In this document: in pieces, positions 17,230 to 30,219 of the stretch
Layout of the letters: each line of letters opens with the position of its first letter
Numbering within the stretch: the first letter of the stretch is position 1
Source of the DNA: Planctomycetota bacterium
GTDB taxonomy: Bacteria > Planctomycetota > UBA1135 > UBA2386
Reading direction: 5' to 3'
Length of the DNA: 64,000 nt
Assembly (NCBI GenBank): GCA_965223545.1
Contig: OZ245006.1
Span: 4,224,001-4,288,000 of the forward strand
Program-made: the position numbers and the translations under genes
The notes under the pieces: generated by a model
The model's input: the letters and a program-made list of their open reading frames with translations, nothing else
Database searches by the model: none
Told to the model about the DNA's origin: nothing

Positions 17230-19583
17230 TCGTGGGCGACGAGGGCTTCTCGCAGGCGTTCGACGTCGGCTTGGCGCTGCGCCGACGAGAGCAGGCCGAT
17301 TGCGCGGTCGCCCATCTCCCGGGCCTGATCTACGAGCCCGAGTTTGAGCAACACCATCGTCGCCATGTGGCAGGCATCGGCGGAGTCGGGGTGCGCGTCG
17401 AGGTGGGTGGTGAGCACGTCGAGCGCCTCGGTGAACTCGTCGAACTCGAGATGTAGGCGGCATCGCGACAGAGCCGTGCACTCGGCGCCGCCGGGGAAGT
17501 GGCTGGCTTGTTGCAGCAGGATCCGGGCGCGCTCGTGCCGACCCTTGTCCAGGTACGCGTCCGCCATGCCGACGATCGCCGCCCAGGAAGTAGTGCCGGG
17601 TGCGACCTCGGCGCGGAGCACGTCGTCGTCCCAGGCGAGGCATCGGCGGTAGTGCCAGACCGCCTCGTCGGCTCGGCCGATGCGCAGCGCGACGCGCGCG
17701 GCGGCCGCGTGCAGGTTCGGCGTCGCGACGAAGCAGCGCATCGCGGCGCCGATGACTTCACGGGCGCGCCGCGTGCGGCCAGCGCGTTCGTGCTCGAGCG
17801 CCAGCATGGCGCTCACCTCGGCGGCGTACCACACCGCCGTTTGCTCGGCCATCGGCAGCCGCGCGATGCTGCGAGCGGCGCTCTCCAGGCTGTACAGCGC
17901 CTGCCCCGCGGTGTCCGTTCCCGCGGCCAAGAACATCGCGTACTCGTACAGCGTGTAGTGGTCGTCGGCGTTCTCGTCGAGTTGCTGGCGGAACGCTTGC
18001 TCGTCGCGGCTGCGCAGCGGCTCGCTCGCCTCAACCGCAGTCTCGCCGCATTCGACGACGAGGTCGCAGGTCGCGATTCGGGTCGAGTCGCGGGCCGCGA
18101 CGCTCTGTAGTGACGGGGCGATGCGCGGGCGAGCGCGGTTCTCGAAGCGCACTTCCGGATCGCGGCGGAACAAGCGCAAGACGCGCTGCATCCTGGGCTC
18201 TCCATCCCCTGCGCGGCGCAGGACAACATCCGCGCCGGCGACCTGTGGATCGGCGAGCACCGCCTTGAGCTGTGCCGACGCGTTGGCCGGCAGCGACTCG
18301 TTGGCGTTCAGCCACAACACCCAGTCCCCGCTCGCTTGCTCGAGGCCAGCGTTGAACGCGGCCGCGTAGTCCTCATGCCAGCCGTGCGCGACGACGGTGA
18401 CGCCGAGCTCCGCAGCGCGCTCGAGGACCGGGGCGTCGACTCCCAGGTCGACGGCGATCACCTCGGACGCGGTGGCGACGGCGCGAGTCAGCGCGGCTTC
18501 CGGTGTGGGCACGAGGGGATCGAGCAGCGTGCACACGGTCAAACGAGGAGCGCGCTGCTCGGCTTGCCACGGCGCTTCGGGCGAGGGCCGTGCCGAGGCC
18601 GGGCGCGTGGTGGCCTCGAGCAGCGGCGCCCAGCGGGCGCGCATCACTTTGGCTTCGTCGCGCGCTTGCTCGGCGTCCGCGGCGCGGGGCGTATCGGCGG
18701 GCAGCATCAGCGGCGAGGTGCGCGGTGTGCAACCGAGCGCCTCCATTCGGAGGGCGAGCTCCTGCCACGCGACCGGCGCACACGCCCACTCGGTAGACAG
18801 GGGGCCGGCGAGGAGAAGATCGAGCCGGCGCATCATCAGTCCGTTCAAGTCGCCGTTCTTCTCGGCACTGTTGGCGGGGCAGATGGCGCCGCGGGCGACG
18901 CCGCGCAGCAGGTCCTGCAGCAGCTCGTCGGTCGGCTGACTGCCGGCGCGAAGGAGCCAGACAACATCGCCGCGGGCGTTCGCGATTCCGCGGTTCACCG
19001 CTTCGGCCTCGCTCTCGCCGGTGCACCACAACAGCTCCCAGTCACCGGGCAACGCGTTGGTCAGCCAGTGCTGCGTCTCGTCGCGCTGCGCCGGGTCGCC
19101 GAACAGCAGGGCGGTGCCGGCGCGGGCGACGGCCTTGCGCACTCGAGCCCAGTAGCGCGTCGGTGCCGGGCCGCCAGCGAACGCACCGGCCAAGAACCCG
19201 TCGTTGTGGATCGATGTCGCGAAGCTCGCCTGCGTGGCGTCGTCACGCGCCGGTACCGCGAGCAGATCGATCACCTGGAGGCCGGCGGCGTCGGCCGCCT
19301 CGAGTAGGTCGCGCATCAGCACGGCGCGTTCCGGCTCACCGGGTCGGCCGAGCGGGTCGAATGGCCCGGGCTGCCCTTCGATTGCCAGGCGCAGGGCACG
19401 GGGCCCCTGCATGTTCTCGACGTCGAGCAGCACTTCGCCACCCGGCAAGACCCGCGATGCCAGCGACGACAGGAAGCGGGTCAGGTTGCCCATCGACGCG
19501 GTCAGCCCCTCGACGATGGCGGCGTCGAACGGGCCCTCCGGTAGACGCAGGAACGGACCGTCCTGGTAGCCGTCGCGCGGCAT
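17226..19583 (-). CDS. Multi-domain degenerate GT2 / TPR protein
   Basis: EVIAVDLG, WHEDYAAAFNAGLEQASGDWVLWLNANE (degenerate LDADE), RLFRRDPEVRF, C-terminal TPR-like helices. Start uncertain. Confidence 0.75.
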   Translation of the reverse strand: MPRDGYQDGPFLRLPEGPFDAAIVEGLTASMGNLTRFLSSLASRVLPGGEVLLDVENMQGPRALRLAIEGQPGPFDPLGRPGEPERAVLMRDLLEAADAAGLQVIDLLAVPARDDATQASFATSIHNDGFLAGAFAGGPAPTRYWARVRKAVARAGTALLFGDPAQRDETQHWLTNALPGDWELLWCTGESEAEAVNRGIANARGDVVWLLRAGSQPTDELLQDLLRGVARGAICPANSAEKNGDLNGLMMRRLDLLLAGPLSTEWACAPVAWQELALRMEALGCTPRTSPLMLPADTPRAADAEQARDEAKVMRARWAPLLEATTRPASARPSPEAPWQAEQRAPRLTVCTLLDPLVPTPEAALTRAVATASEVIAVDLGVDAPVLERAAELGVTVVAHGWHEDYAAAFNAGLEQASGDWVLWLNANESLPANASAQLKAVLADPQVAGADVVLRRAGDGEPRMQRVLRLFRRDPEVRFENRARPRIAPSLQSVAARDSTRIATCDLVVECGETAVEASEPLRSRDEQAFRQQLDENADDHYTLYEYAMFLAAGTDTAGQALYSLESAARSIARLPMAEQTAVWYAAEVSAMLALEHERAGRTRRAREVIGAAMRCFVATPNLHAAAARVALRIGRADEAVWHYRRCLAWDDDVLRAEVAPGTTSWAAIVGMADAYLDKGRHERARILLQQASHFPGGAECTALSRCRLHLEFDEFTEALDVLTTHLDAHPDSADACHMATMVLLKLGLVDQAREMGDRAIGLLSSAQRQADVERLREALVAHD

Positions 19584-19758
19584 GCAGAGCACGCGGCCCC
19601 GCACTGGCTCGATATCGCATCGCGACGAGACTTCTCCCGAGAAGCCGACTGCCCAACGGCTGCGTGCTTGATCCTGCAAGGTTCGCCTCTCCGAATTCCC
19701 TCTGGCCACGACATCGACCGATGGGCCGGGCCAACTTCACTGGCAACGCGTCACCGCC

Positions 19759-20532
19759 TCACAGGCGTGCGCGCATCTCGCAATCGTTCACCAGGCGAGA
19801 CTCGAACTGCACCACGCGGTTCGGCACCGGCGCCGCGACCAGCTGTTGCAGAAGTCCACGGTCGCCGTCCTCCGGCACCAGTGGCGGATAGCCGTGGTAG
19901 AGCAGATGCGAGGTGAACGCGACGAACCCCATGACCAGATTCAGGTCCGGAAACGGCGAGCAGCGCACCAGACGCCAGAGCAAGCGCGGCGCTTGCCGCA
20001 CGGGGTGCAAGGTGGCGAAGTCCTCGCCTTCGCCGTAGCGCTCGGTGGCCCGGAACGTGTCCAGGTGCACGTGGATCTCGTCACCGGAGGGATAGTCGAT
20101 GCCCGGGATCGCGTCCCAGGGCTCGTCGCGCCGGACGCAGTTGTTGCGGAACCTGGCGATTCCATCGGTGAGCTGGGAGAACAGCTCCGAGCAGCCCCAT
20201 CCGTGCAGCGGCTTGGCTGCCATCGCCCGTTGCCGCAGTCCGGCGAGCACCTGGCCCAAGCCGCGCACCATCTGCAGCTCGTGATGCGGGGTGGCGAAGT
20301 GCCCCGAGCCACCGCTGATGATGTCCGTGGCCTGGTCCGCGTCGATCTTGAGGCCGCGCAGCCCGAGCGTGCGGGCGACCCACAGGCCGTCGTGCACCGG
20401 GTCGGGATCGAGCCAGGGGAGGCGCCACTGCTGCGGGTCATCCAGCGCGTCGAGTTGGCTCGCGGTGAACGCGGCCAGCGCCAGATCGAGCCTCTCGAGC
20501 AGGGTCAGGTGTCGGTTGGATACTCCTCCCAT
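19759..20532 (-). CDS. Fic/Fido-like protein with a degenerate catalytic motif
   Basis: HPVRQAPRLLWRLVRCSPFPDLNLVMG...HLLYHGYPPL resembles the Fic HPFxDGNGR context. Confidence 0.6.
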   Translation of the reverse strand: MGGVSNRHLTLLERLDLALAAFTASQLDALDDPQQWRLPWLDPDPVHDGLWVARTLGLRGLKIDADQATDIISGGSGHFATPHHELQMVRGLGQVLAGLRQRAMAAKPLHGWGCSELFSQLTDGIARFRNNCVRRDEPWDAIPGIDYPSGDEIHVHLDTFRATERYGEGEDFATLHPVRQAPRLLWRLVRCSPFPDLNLVMGFVAFTSHLLYHGYPPLVPEDGDRGLLQQLVAAPVPNRVVQFESRLVNDCEMRARL

Positions 20533-20573
20533 GCCTGCCGGGCCTTTTCGGCATAATCCGTGCTGGCTCCGTG

Positions 20574-22679
20574 ATGGAAAACAAACCCACAGAACGCCGC
20601 CGGCGGCCGCTCGTGCGACTGTTCAAGATCTGCACGGTCCTCGCGCTGGTGCTCGCCGGTATCGTCGCCCTCGTGCCGACCGCGCTGTCGACCGGTGTCG
20701 CGCGCGACAAGCTGCAGCGGGCGCTCACCGATGCGCTCGGCACGCGCGTCGGAATCGCCGACCACAGCATCGGCTGGCTGTCCGGGTTCGCCATGGAGGG
20801 CCTGTCGATCGCCAACCCGAGCGGCTTTGTCGAGGGTGAGTTGCTGTCGGTGCAGCGGGTGGCCGGCGACCTCTCGTTCTGGCCGTTGCTGCGCGGGCGC
20901 GTCGCCTTCGAGGGGTCGGTCGAGGGATTGGACTTGGCCGTGGTGCAGCGCGCCGACGGACGCACCAACCTGCAAGCCCTGGCCGGGGATGTGCAGCCCC
21001 ATCGCGACAAGCAACGCCGCTCGCCCGATCCGCACCCGGGGCCGGCGGTGCCTCGCGCCGGCGGCCTGGATTGGTTGTGGCTCGATCTCGAACTGCGCGA
21101 CAGCCGCGTCGAGCTGGTGCACGAGCGCGAGGGGGTGCTCGAGCGGCTCGAGGATCTGCAGGCCACGGTCGCCAAGAGCTATGGCAGTAGCGATGTGCGC
21201 CTGTCCGTGCAGGCGGCGCTGCGCCGTCCCGGCGCGGAGGTCCCCGGGCGCGTCGATCTGGACGTCGACGTCGACGCCGGGTTCACCCGACCGATCGACG
21301 TGCGCTTCGATGTCTCCAGCCTCGATCTGTCCCGCTACCGCCCATTGCTCAACACGATCTTGGGACCCGAGCAGGTCAGCGCATTCGACGGGATCGTCAG
21401 CGGCAACGGTCAGGCACAGATCGACGCGCGGCAGCGCACGGTGCGCACTACGGGCCTGCTGGAAGTCGATCGGCCGCGAGTCGGCGGCGCGCTGCTGTCC
21501 GGGATGAATGTCGAGGCTCCGCGTTGGTCGGTGCGTCCCAATCTGACCGTCGAGTTGGGCAGCGGCGGAACGGTGCCGCTGATCGCGGCGGAAGGGCTGC
21601 GCGTCGATCTGGGTTTCCTGCAGCTGTCCGGCATGCCGGCGGACAAGGCGGCCGCGGCCAACGCCGGCCGGCCTTCACTGGGGGTGGACGTGGCCCTCGA
21701 TCTCGGCGCGCTCGGCGGCTTTGGCGGTCCCTTCTCGGGCCTCGTCGGCGCCAGCGGTTCGGTGCGCGGCAACGCGGCGCTGGCCGTGGTCGAGGGGTTG
21801 TTCGATGGCAGTGCTTCGGGCGACGACTTGATGGGGTTGGTCGCCGCGCATTTCGATGCCGCGCTCGAGCGGGCCGAGCTCGCGGGACACGTGGTCGCCG
21901 GGCTCACCGGGTCGTTCGACGTCACTGGTGAGGACATCGCGCTGCGGGTGGACGCGACGGTCGCGGGTGGGCCCGCCGAGCTGGCCTTGACCACGCGTTC
22001 CGGCGCCGACGGTTGGCCGGCCACTCTCGACTTCGCCTGGCGGGAGGGCGATGTCCGCGTCGAGGGTGTGGGGTTGCTCCGCTACGCGTTGCCCCTGCTG
22101 GCCGGTCTCGACGACAACGGCGGTCTCGACGTCTTGGGCGAAGTCGACGGCAGTCTGCACCTGGAAGGCCCACTGCTCGCCACCGACGATCAGTCGCGGC
22201 TGGAGTGGCTGGATCAGTGGCGGGGCAGTGGGGATGTGGCGTTACGCGGTGGAGGCTTTCGGCCGAGTGGCGTGTTTCAGCCGTTGGGCGAGCTGCTCGG
22301 CCATCGCGCCGAGTGGAAGTTCGACACGCTGCGGTCGGAGTTCCGATTGGCCGATGGCGTCGTCGAGACCGGGCTCACTCAGCTCGACGGTGGTGCCGCC
22401 AAGCTGGGCCTGCGCGGCAGCACCAAGCTGAGCGGTGAACTCGACTACGAGATCGACCTGAGCGGCGCGTTCGCCGGTCACCGCGACGGCGAGAAGATCT
22501 TGGCCGCGCTGGGCGGGTCGCTGCGGGCGGGGGCGATCCGCGGCACGTTGGACGAGCCGCGACTGGAGCTACCCGACATCGGCAACCAGCTGCAAGAGCT
22601 GCTGCGCAAGTCGGCCGGCGACCTGTTGCAGCGCGAGCTGCAGAAGGGGCTCGGCGAGCTGTTCAAACGCGGGCGTTGA
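20574..22679 (+). CDS. AsmA-like family protein
   Basis: N-terminal TM anchor, LSFWPLLRGR, DGRTNL, beta-rich body, C-terminal FRLADGVV...LSGELDY...IRGTLDEPR. Confidence 0.8.
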   Translation: MENKPTERRRRPLVRLFKICTVLALVLAGIVALVPTALSTGVARDKLQRALTDALGTRVGIADHSIGWLSGFAMEGLSIANPSGFVEGELLSVQRVAGDLSFWPLLRGRVAFEGSVEGLDLAVVQRADGRTNLQALAGDVQPHRDKQRRSPDPHPGPAVPRAGGLDWLWLDLELRDSRVELVHEREGVLERLEDLQATVAKSYGSSDVRLSVQAALRRPGAEVPGRVDLDVDVDAGFTRPIDVRFDVSSLDLSRYRPLLNTILGPEQVSAFDGIVSGNGQAQIDARQRTVRTTGLLEVDRPRVGGALLSGMNVEAPRWSVRPNLTVELGSGGTVPLIAAEGLRVDLGFLQLSGMPADKAAAANAGRPSLGVDVALDLGALGGFGGPFSGLVGASGSVRGNAALAVVEGLFDGSASGDDLMGLVAAHFDAALERAELAGHVVAGLTGSFDVTGEDIALRVDATVAGGPAELALTTRSGADGWPATLDFAWREGDVRVEGVGLLRYALPLLAGLDDNGGLDVLGEVDGSLHLEGPLLATDDQSRLEWLDQWRGSGDVALRGGGFRPSGVFQPLGELLGHRAEWKFDTLRSEFRLADGVVETGLTQLDGGAAKLGLRGSTKLSGELDYEIDLSGAFAGHRDGEKILAALGGSLRAGAIRGTLDEPRLELPDIGNQLQELLRKSAGDLLQRELQKGLGELFKRGR

Positions 22680-22685
22680 CGGCGA

Positions 22686-23339
22686 TCAAGCCGTCGGCAG
22701 TGCTTGTGCCCACTCGCCCAAAGCGGCCTCGGCGTCTTCGTCGAGTGAGAGTCGGGCGTCCTTGCTGTCGCGGCAGTGCTCGACCAATCGATCGAAGCAG
22801 CGGTGGCCCAGCTCGCGTTCGCCGTTGTCGACCAACAGCGTGCCGAGGCCGTAGAGCAGCTCGGCGCGCTGGTTGGCGTCGAGCGGACCGGCGCGCAAGC
22901 GGCGGCCGATCGCGGCCAGCGGCTGCCGGATCTCGGCGGTCGCGCTGCGCGTCGCCGTGACCAACCACGCGCCGCCGCCGGCCGAGGTGGCGGTGGCGTC
23001 GGCGAAACCGCCGAGGCACTGCAGCATCGCGACCACGCCCGCGCCGTCGTCGGCGCTGTGACCGAGAAGGCCGACCTGTCCACCTTCGCGCAGCACCCGG
23101 CGCCATTCGGCGATCTCCGTGACCCAATCGGTGACGCCTTCGATCGGGCCCAGCGCCACGATGGCGTCGGCGCTGGCGTCGGCGAACTCGCCGAACTCAT
23201 GGCTACCACCGCTCCAGGGCCGGGGGATCAGCCTGGTGCCGCTGAGCAGCTCGTGTGAGCCGCCGGGCAGCTCGATGGTCAAGCCGTTGACCATCTCCTG
23301 GAGTGCCGGCGCTTCCGTGCTGAGATCGAGTGTCTGCAT
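22686..23339 (-). CDS. Hypothetical protein (methyltransferase-like fragment plus TPR-like helix)
   Basis: FADASADAIV...EWRRVLREGG resembles a class I MTase C-terminal half; no glycine-rich SAM motif seen. Confidence 0.55.
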   Translation of the reverse strand: MQTLDLSTEAPALQEMVNGLTIELPGGSHELLSGTRLIPRPWSGGSHEFGEFADASADAIVALGPIEGVTDWVTEIAEWRRVLREGGQVGLLGHSADDGAGVVAMLQCLGGFADATATSAGGGAWLVTATRSATAEIRQPLAAIGRRLRAGPLDANQRAELLYGLGTLLVDNGERELGHRCFDRLVEHCRDSKDARLSLDEDAEAALGEWAQALPTA

Positions 23340-23515
23340 GAGTTCCTCTGCGCTGCGGGTCACTGGTGGATATCGGTACGGCGGGGTCTCGTTCTGAACC
23401 GCTACCCCCACTTCTGAGTGGTGGACCTGGCCCCAGGCCGCCATCCGCGCGGAGGGGTGCCGCGCCCGGTCGATTTGTTCAATTTCGGTTCTTCCCTATC
23501 CCGAAAATCCGACGA

Positions 23516-25295
<1,780 letters not shown>

Positions 25296-25309
<14 letters not shown>

Positions 25310-27002
25310 CGGGGGCCTTCGATGAACGCGCGCTCGCGACCCGCGTCGTGGTGCCGCGGTCCGCGAGCAGCGCCCTGACTCCCATGGCCCCGCACGCAGC
25401 GGTCACCAGGGCCCAAATCGCGGCCAGCCAAGCGCCTGGCCAGCCGAAGTGCACGGTGCCGAGCACCATCCACCAGTGGCGAAAGCCCGCGTCTTCCGCC
25501 GCGATCGGCAATCGGGCCACTGCCGGCTCGACCCGCACGCCGAACAACGGCAGCGTCGTGTTCTCCGCTCCGCCCTGCTGCAGGCGGCCCTGTAAGGCGA
25601 GCCCCGCGTAGATCCAGTGGGTGTGCAAGGGACTGAAGCGGGGATCGGTGTTGACGTTGTGATCGATGGCCAGCCCGGCGTCGGGATACACGACCTTGGC
25701 GGCCTCGGTCGCGAGGACCTGTTGGCCCCGGTAGGGAGCCAGCACTCCGCCGAGCGATCCGATGAAGCCGGCGGCGCAGAGCGCGATCGCCATACCGGCG
25801 TGCCTGCGCGACCACCATCGCCAAGGCCGTGCCGAGCCGAGGACCACGCAGATCACCAGCACCGCGCTCGGCGTCACGTAGCGAATGCCCCAGCACTGTC
25901 CAGCCGCCCAGCTACTGGTGTGGCCGAGCAGGCCGACCGGCAGAGCCAGGCAGAGCCATGCGCTCCACACCCACCCGCCGCGGGCACGCCGAGTGATGGT
26001 CAACGCGAGTGCCCAGATCAACGGCAGGCTGAACAACAACACCCCTTTGCCGGGCGCGAGCAGCATCGCTGGGATGCCGAAGAGCGGAGGAAAGCTGGCC
26101 CACGCGTCGTTCATCCCGGGGCCGTAGCCGGTCGCCAGAGCGTCGCCGAAGCGCCAGTGGTTGGCCCACAGCAACAGAGCTGCCCACGGTAGCCCGCCGG
26201 CGACCAGCGCGAGCACGCGTGATGCGCGTCCGGAGCGCCAGGCGTGGAAGGCGAACAGCACCGACAACACCGCTACCAGAGCGCCGTGTGGATAGCGCAC
26301 CAGCACGGCGCAGCCGCCGGCAGTGCCGGCAAGCCACGGCAGCCACCACGAACGAGTGCCGCCGCGGATCGCGTGCGCGACGCCGCATGCCATCGCCAAC
26401 AAGAAGAAGCCGCCGGGCATGTCCGACATGGTCTCCGCCGTACCCGGCCAGAACTGGGTGCACAGCGTGCAGATGATGCCGACGACCAGCGCTTCCGCGC
26501 GGCGGCAGCCGAGCGCCATCGCCAGGGACACGAGCAGCACGAAGCAGCCGGCGGCGAACAGCGCCGGCGACATGCCGACGCAGAAGCGAACCCAGTACTC
26601 GTCGCCCATCACCGGCCCGCGCAGCTCTGCGTAGCGGCGCACCGGTTCCGGCCAACGCTCGCCGAGCCACTGTCCGATCGCGACGAACGGGACGAGGAGG
26701 GCCTGGTGGCCAATGGGATACTGCGCGTAGCCGAGGCCGTTACGACCGAGGATGCCAAGGGTGTCGTCGGCCATCTGTCCGGCGAGCCAACGCTCGGCCG
26801 GCCGCTCCGCATCGGCGCGCATGCCGGGGTCGCCGCGCTCGTACCAGGCGCGCGCCGCGATCATGGTGACGTCGGTGTCGGTGTTCTCGATCGTGCCGTG
26901 GGTGGACCAGCCGAAGCAGCCAAACGCGGCCAGCCAGAGCAGTGGCCAGGCCCACCGAGCGCGGCGGTCACGGTGGTCCGGCGAACGCGATGCGGCCGTC
27001 AT
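25296..27002 (-). CDS. Polytopic membrane protein, GT-C glycosyltransferase-like
   Basis: Acidic loop ENTDTD after TM1, NHWRFG..TGY, PGKGVLLFS, WGIRY. Confidence 0.7.
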
Positions 27003-27038
27003 GTCCGCGCCGTCCGCGGTTGGCCGGCGGCCGACCGA

Positions 27039-28652
27039 TCAGCTGGCGACGCGGCCGACGCGGTCACGCTGTAGTTCGACCATCGCCGGGGTTGCCGTGG
27101 CGCGCGTTGCGCGGCGCCGCAGCAGGGCGTTGAGCCGGTGCTCCAACGAGGTCTCACCTTCGTTCTTGAAGACGTTTCGGATCAGGCGGAAGAAGCGCCA
27201 CGGGCGGATCAGGAACGACAGCGCGAAGAACGAGATCATGCCGAATCCGCGCCAGAGACCCAGCTCGAAAGCGCCGACGTGGTCGCAGTAGTCGATCGAG
27301 CTCAGCAGGTTGCGGTTGCCGGCAAGCGATCGGAAGTAATCGCCGTCGAGGTTGCCGATCTTGTTGCGCGCGCGGAGGTCGTCGAACATCTCGGTGCCGG
27401 GATACGGCGAGAACATGAAGCACGCCAGGTCGTGGACGCCGATCACCGCGAGCTTCCAACAGAACCAAAGGGTCGCCATCAGATGGCGCCGCCGCTCGTG
27501 CGGGAAGCCGAAGATGACGTGCGTCTTGACGATGATCCCCTGACGCAGCGCGGCGCGGATCGAGGACTTGAGCCGCGGCAGCTTGACCTGCTTCTTGATC
27601 AGCTTGAGGGTCTCGACCGAGCCGCTCTCCGGCGCGTAGGTCACGTTGCGACAGCCGGTGCGATACAGCGCGGCGGCGACCTCGTCGTCGATGACCTCGG
27701 AGCGCGTGCCGCCGGGCAGCTGCCACGTGAAGTTCATGCCACGCCGCTCGATGCCCTCGCAGAACTCCAGGATCCACTTCTTCTTGACGACCATCGTCAG
27801 GTCGAAGAAGTCGAAGTTCTCGGCCTGGTACTTGTCCATGTACAGCTGCAGCTCGTCGAGCACGTCATCCGGGTCGCGCATGACGTAGACGGTGCCGTAC
27901 ATCTGTGGGTTGGAGCAGAACGTGCAGCGGTAGGGGCAGCCGCGCGTGGCTAGGATGCCCATGCTGCGGCCGCGGTAGACCCCGAAGCCGTTGCGGGTAT
28001 CGAGGTAGGTCTCGATGGGGAGCAGATCCCACGCCGGGTAGGGCAGTGCGTCGATGGCGCGGATGCGCTGCCGCGGTCCGGTCTTCACCACCTCGCCTTC
28101 GGCCAAGAACGCGGTGCCGGGCACTTCTGCCAACGCGGCGCGGTCCCGGCACTTGGCGACGATGTCGATCAGGGTCTCCTCGCCCTCGCCGAGGACGCAG
28201 ATGTCGATCTCCGGCCGATCGCGCAGGCTGTACTCGGTCAGCGCGGTGATGTGCTCGCCGCCGGTGACGATGAGCACGTCGGGGAGCGCTTCGCGCACGG
28301 CGCGAATCAGCCGCCGGGTCCACGGCCAATCCTGCGTGAACATGCAGCTGATGGCGACGATGTCCGTATTCGGATCGATGCGGGCGACCGTCTGCTCGAT
28401 CGTCAGACCTTGCAGCAGGTAGCCCGATTCTTCGACGATCTGCGTCGGCGCCTCGGCCAACGCGTCGATGATGGCGACCGGGATTTCGTTCTTCCGCAGG
28501 ACGGCGGCCAGGTAGGCGACGCCGAGTGGTGGTGTCAGTGACGACACCCACGCCCCGCCCGAACCGACCATGGTCGGCCGCACCAGGGTGACGTGTGCGG
28601 GCGCGGTTTCGGCGTCGGTCGAGTGCGCCAGCGATGCGAGATCGGCAGTCAT
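27039..28652 (-). CDS. B12-binding-domain radical SAM enzyme (class B)
   Basis: PPLGVAYLAA, GGEH, GEGE, TRGCPYRCTFC, ESGS. Confidence 0.92.
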   Translation of the reverse strand: MTADLASLAHSTDAETAPAHVTLVRPTMVGSGGAWVSSLTPPLGVAYLAAVLRKNEIPVAIIDALAEAPTQIVEESGYLLQGLTIEQTVARIDPNTDIVAISCMFTQDWPWTRRLIRAVREALPDVLIVTGGEHITALTEYSLRDRPEIDICVLGEGEETLIDIVAKCRDRAALAEVPGTAFLAEGEVVKTGPRQRIRAIDALPYPAWDLLPIETYLDTRNGFGVYRGRSMGILATRGCPYRCTFCSNPQMYGTVYVMRDPDDVLDELQLYMDKYQAENFDFFDLTMVVKKKWILEFCEGIERRGMNFTWQLPGGTRSEVIDDEVAAALYRTGCRNVTYAPESGSVETLKLIKKQVKLPRLKSSIRAALRQGIIVKTHVIFGFPHERRRHLMATLWFCWKLAVIGVHDLACFMFSPYPGTEMFDDLRARNKIGNLDGDYFRSLAGNRNLLSSIDYCDHVGAFELGLWRGFGMISFFALSFLIRPWRFFRLIRNVFKNEGETSLEHRLNALLRRRATRATATPAMVELQRDRVGRVAS

Positions 28653-28858
28653 GGACCGTCGAGCGTGACTTGGATGATTCGGTGGCGCCATCGAGCCCGG
28701 GCAGGGGCTCGTCGGTGACCTGGCGCCGGGCGAGAGCGAGCTATTAGAGCCTACACCAATCTCTCCCTCCCGCGATTCCCAGCCGGTGCCGGGACGGTCG
28801 ATCGTATCGAAGCGAGACTCCTCGCCCCCCACTGCGGGAACTCCCGCCGTCGGGGCGC

Positions 28859-30184
28859 TCAACTCGGCGGCCGGGGCATGTGGGACAGCATCCCCGCCGC
28901 CGATGCCGCCGCGCCCTCCAGCGTCGACGGCAGGCGCGTATCGGTCCAATCGCCGCAGACCCAGAGGTTGTGCAGGCCGTGCCAGCGACCTGGCGCCGGG
29001 CGCAGGGCCTCGGCCGCCGGGGTCGCGAGCAGGGTTGCGTTGGCCTCTTTGGTGACCCGCACGCGGGCCGCCTCGGGCACCGCGAAACCGGGGTAGAACG
29101 TCGCGAGCTGCGCGCGGGCCTGCCGTTCGAGGGCGGCGGCGCCCCCCGTCGCGGGCGCGGCGCTGCCGATCAGGGTGAAGCGCCCGGCGGGATCCCCCGG
29201 CCGCCGGTAGACGAACTGGAACGGAGCGCCGTCGACCAGCGCACAGAGCGGACCGTCTTCGACCGGCGGGGCACCCGGCGTGTCGCGCGCGCCGCAGTCG
29301 AACGCGGCGTTGACGATCGCCCGGCCGCGTAGTGCGGGACTGCTGCCCGCGACCTGCCCGGGCAGGACGCGGGCCAGGCGGTGCCACGGCAGCGCCGAGA
29401 CGACGGCGGTGTGGTCGTCCACCGGTCGCTGGCTGCCGTCCCCGAACTGGAGCCCGCCCACCCGGCCGGCCTCGACCCGCACGCCGGTCAACCGCTGTCG
29501 CAGCAGAACCTCGACGCCGGCGGCTGCCAGCGCGCGCCGCGCGGGTTGGTCGAGCAGCTCGGACCATGGTCGGCGTGGGATCCAGATCGCCGCGCGCGCG
29601 GCGCGGCCCGCGAACGCTTGCCGCAGGGTGCCGAGGAACAGCTGTGCCGACACTTGGCTGGGGTGCGCGTTCATCACCGCCAAGCAGAGCGGCTCCCAGA
29701 GCAGGCGTCGCGGCATGCCGTGCTGTCGCTTGGCTTGCAACCACCGCTCGAAATCCCAGTCTGCCGGTGCGCTCCGCGCGGTCGCCACCAGGGCGGCCAA
29801 CGCGCGGCGCCGTTCGCGCACCGACAGGCCGGGCAAAGTGGCCAACGCGGCCGGCATCGCGAGCGGCACGGGTAGGCGCGAGAGCTGCAGCGCGATGCGG
29901 CGTCCGCCGGCAAAGCGGTAGAGCAAGCGCAGTCGGCGGGGCGCCTCGAAGTCCGCCTCGGTGCCGAGCCGGCGCAGCAGCGAGCGGAAGTGGTCGTAGC
30001 AGCCGAGCGCGACGTGGGGTCCGTTGTCGGTCGCGCGGCCCTGGCTCTCGTCGTCGAACGAGAACGCGCGGCCGCCGAGCCAGCCGTGCGCCTCGCACAG
30101 TGTCACCGAATACCCGCGATCGGCGAGTCCGAGCGCGGCGGTGATTCCCGCGACTCCTCCCCCCAGCACCACAGCTTTGCGCAC
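28859..30184 (-). CDS. hpnE: Hydroxysqualene dehydroxylase
   Basis: GGGVAG, LGGRAFSF, DNGPH..LGCY, GDWTDTRLPSTLEGAAAS; follows hpnD. Confidence 0.9.
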   Translation of the reverse strand: MRKAVVLGGGVAGITAALGLADRGYSVTLCEAHGWLGGRAFSFDDESQGRATDNGPHVALGCYDHFRSLLRRLGTEADFEAPRRLRLLYRFAGGRRIALQLSRLPVPLAMPAALATLPGLSVRERRRALAALVATARSAPADWDFERWLQAKRQHGMPRRLLWEPLCLAVMNAHPSQVSAQLFLGTLRQAFAGRAARAAIWIPRRPWSELLDQPARRALAAAGVEVLLRQRLTGVRVEAGRVGGLQFGDGSQRPVDDHTAVVSALPWHRLARVLPGQVAGSSPALRGRAIVNAAFDCGARDTPGAPPVEDGPLCALVDGAPFQFVYRRPGDPAGRFTLIGSAAPATGGAAALERQARAQLATFYPGFAVPEAARVRVTKEANATLLATPAAEALRPAPGRWHGLHNLWVCGDWTDTRLPSTLEGAAASAAGMLSHMPRPPS

Positions 30185-30219
30185 GTGCAGTCCCTGTTCT
30201 CGGTCGATTCCGATCGACC

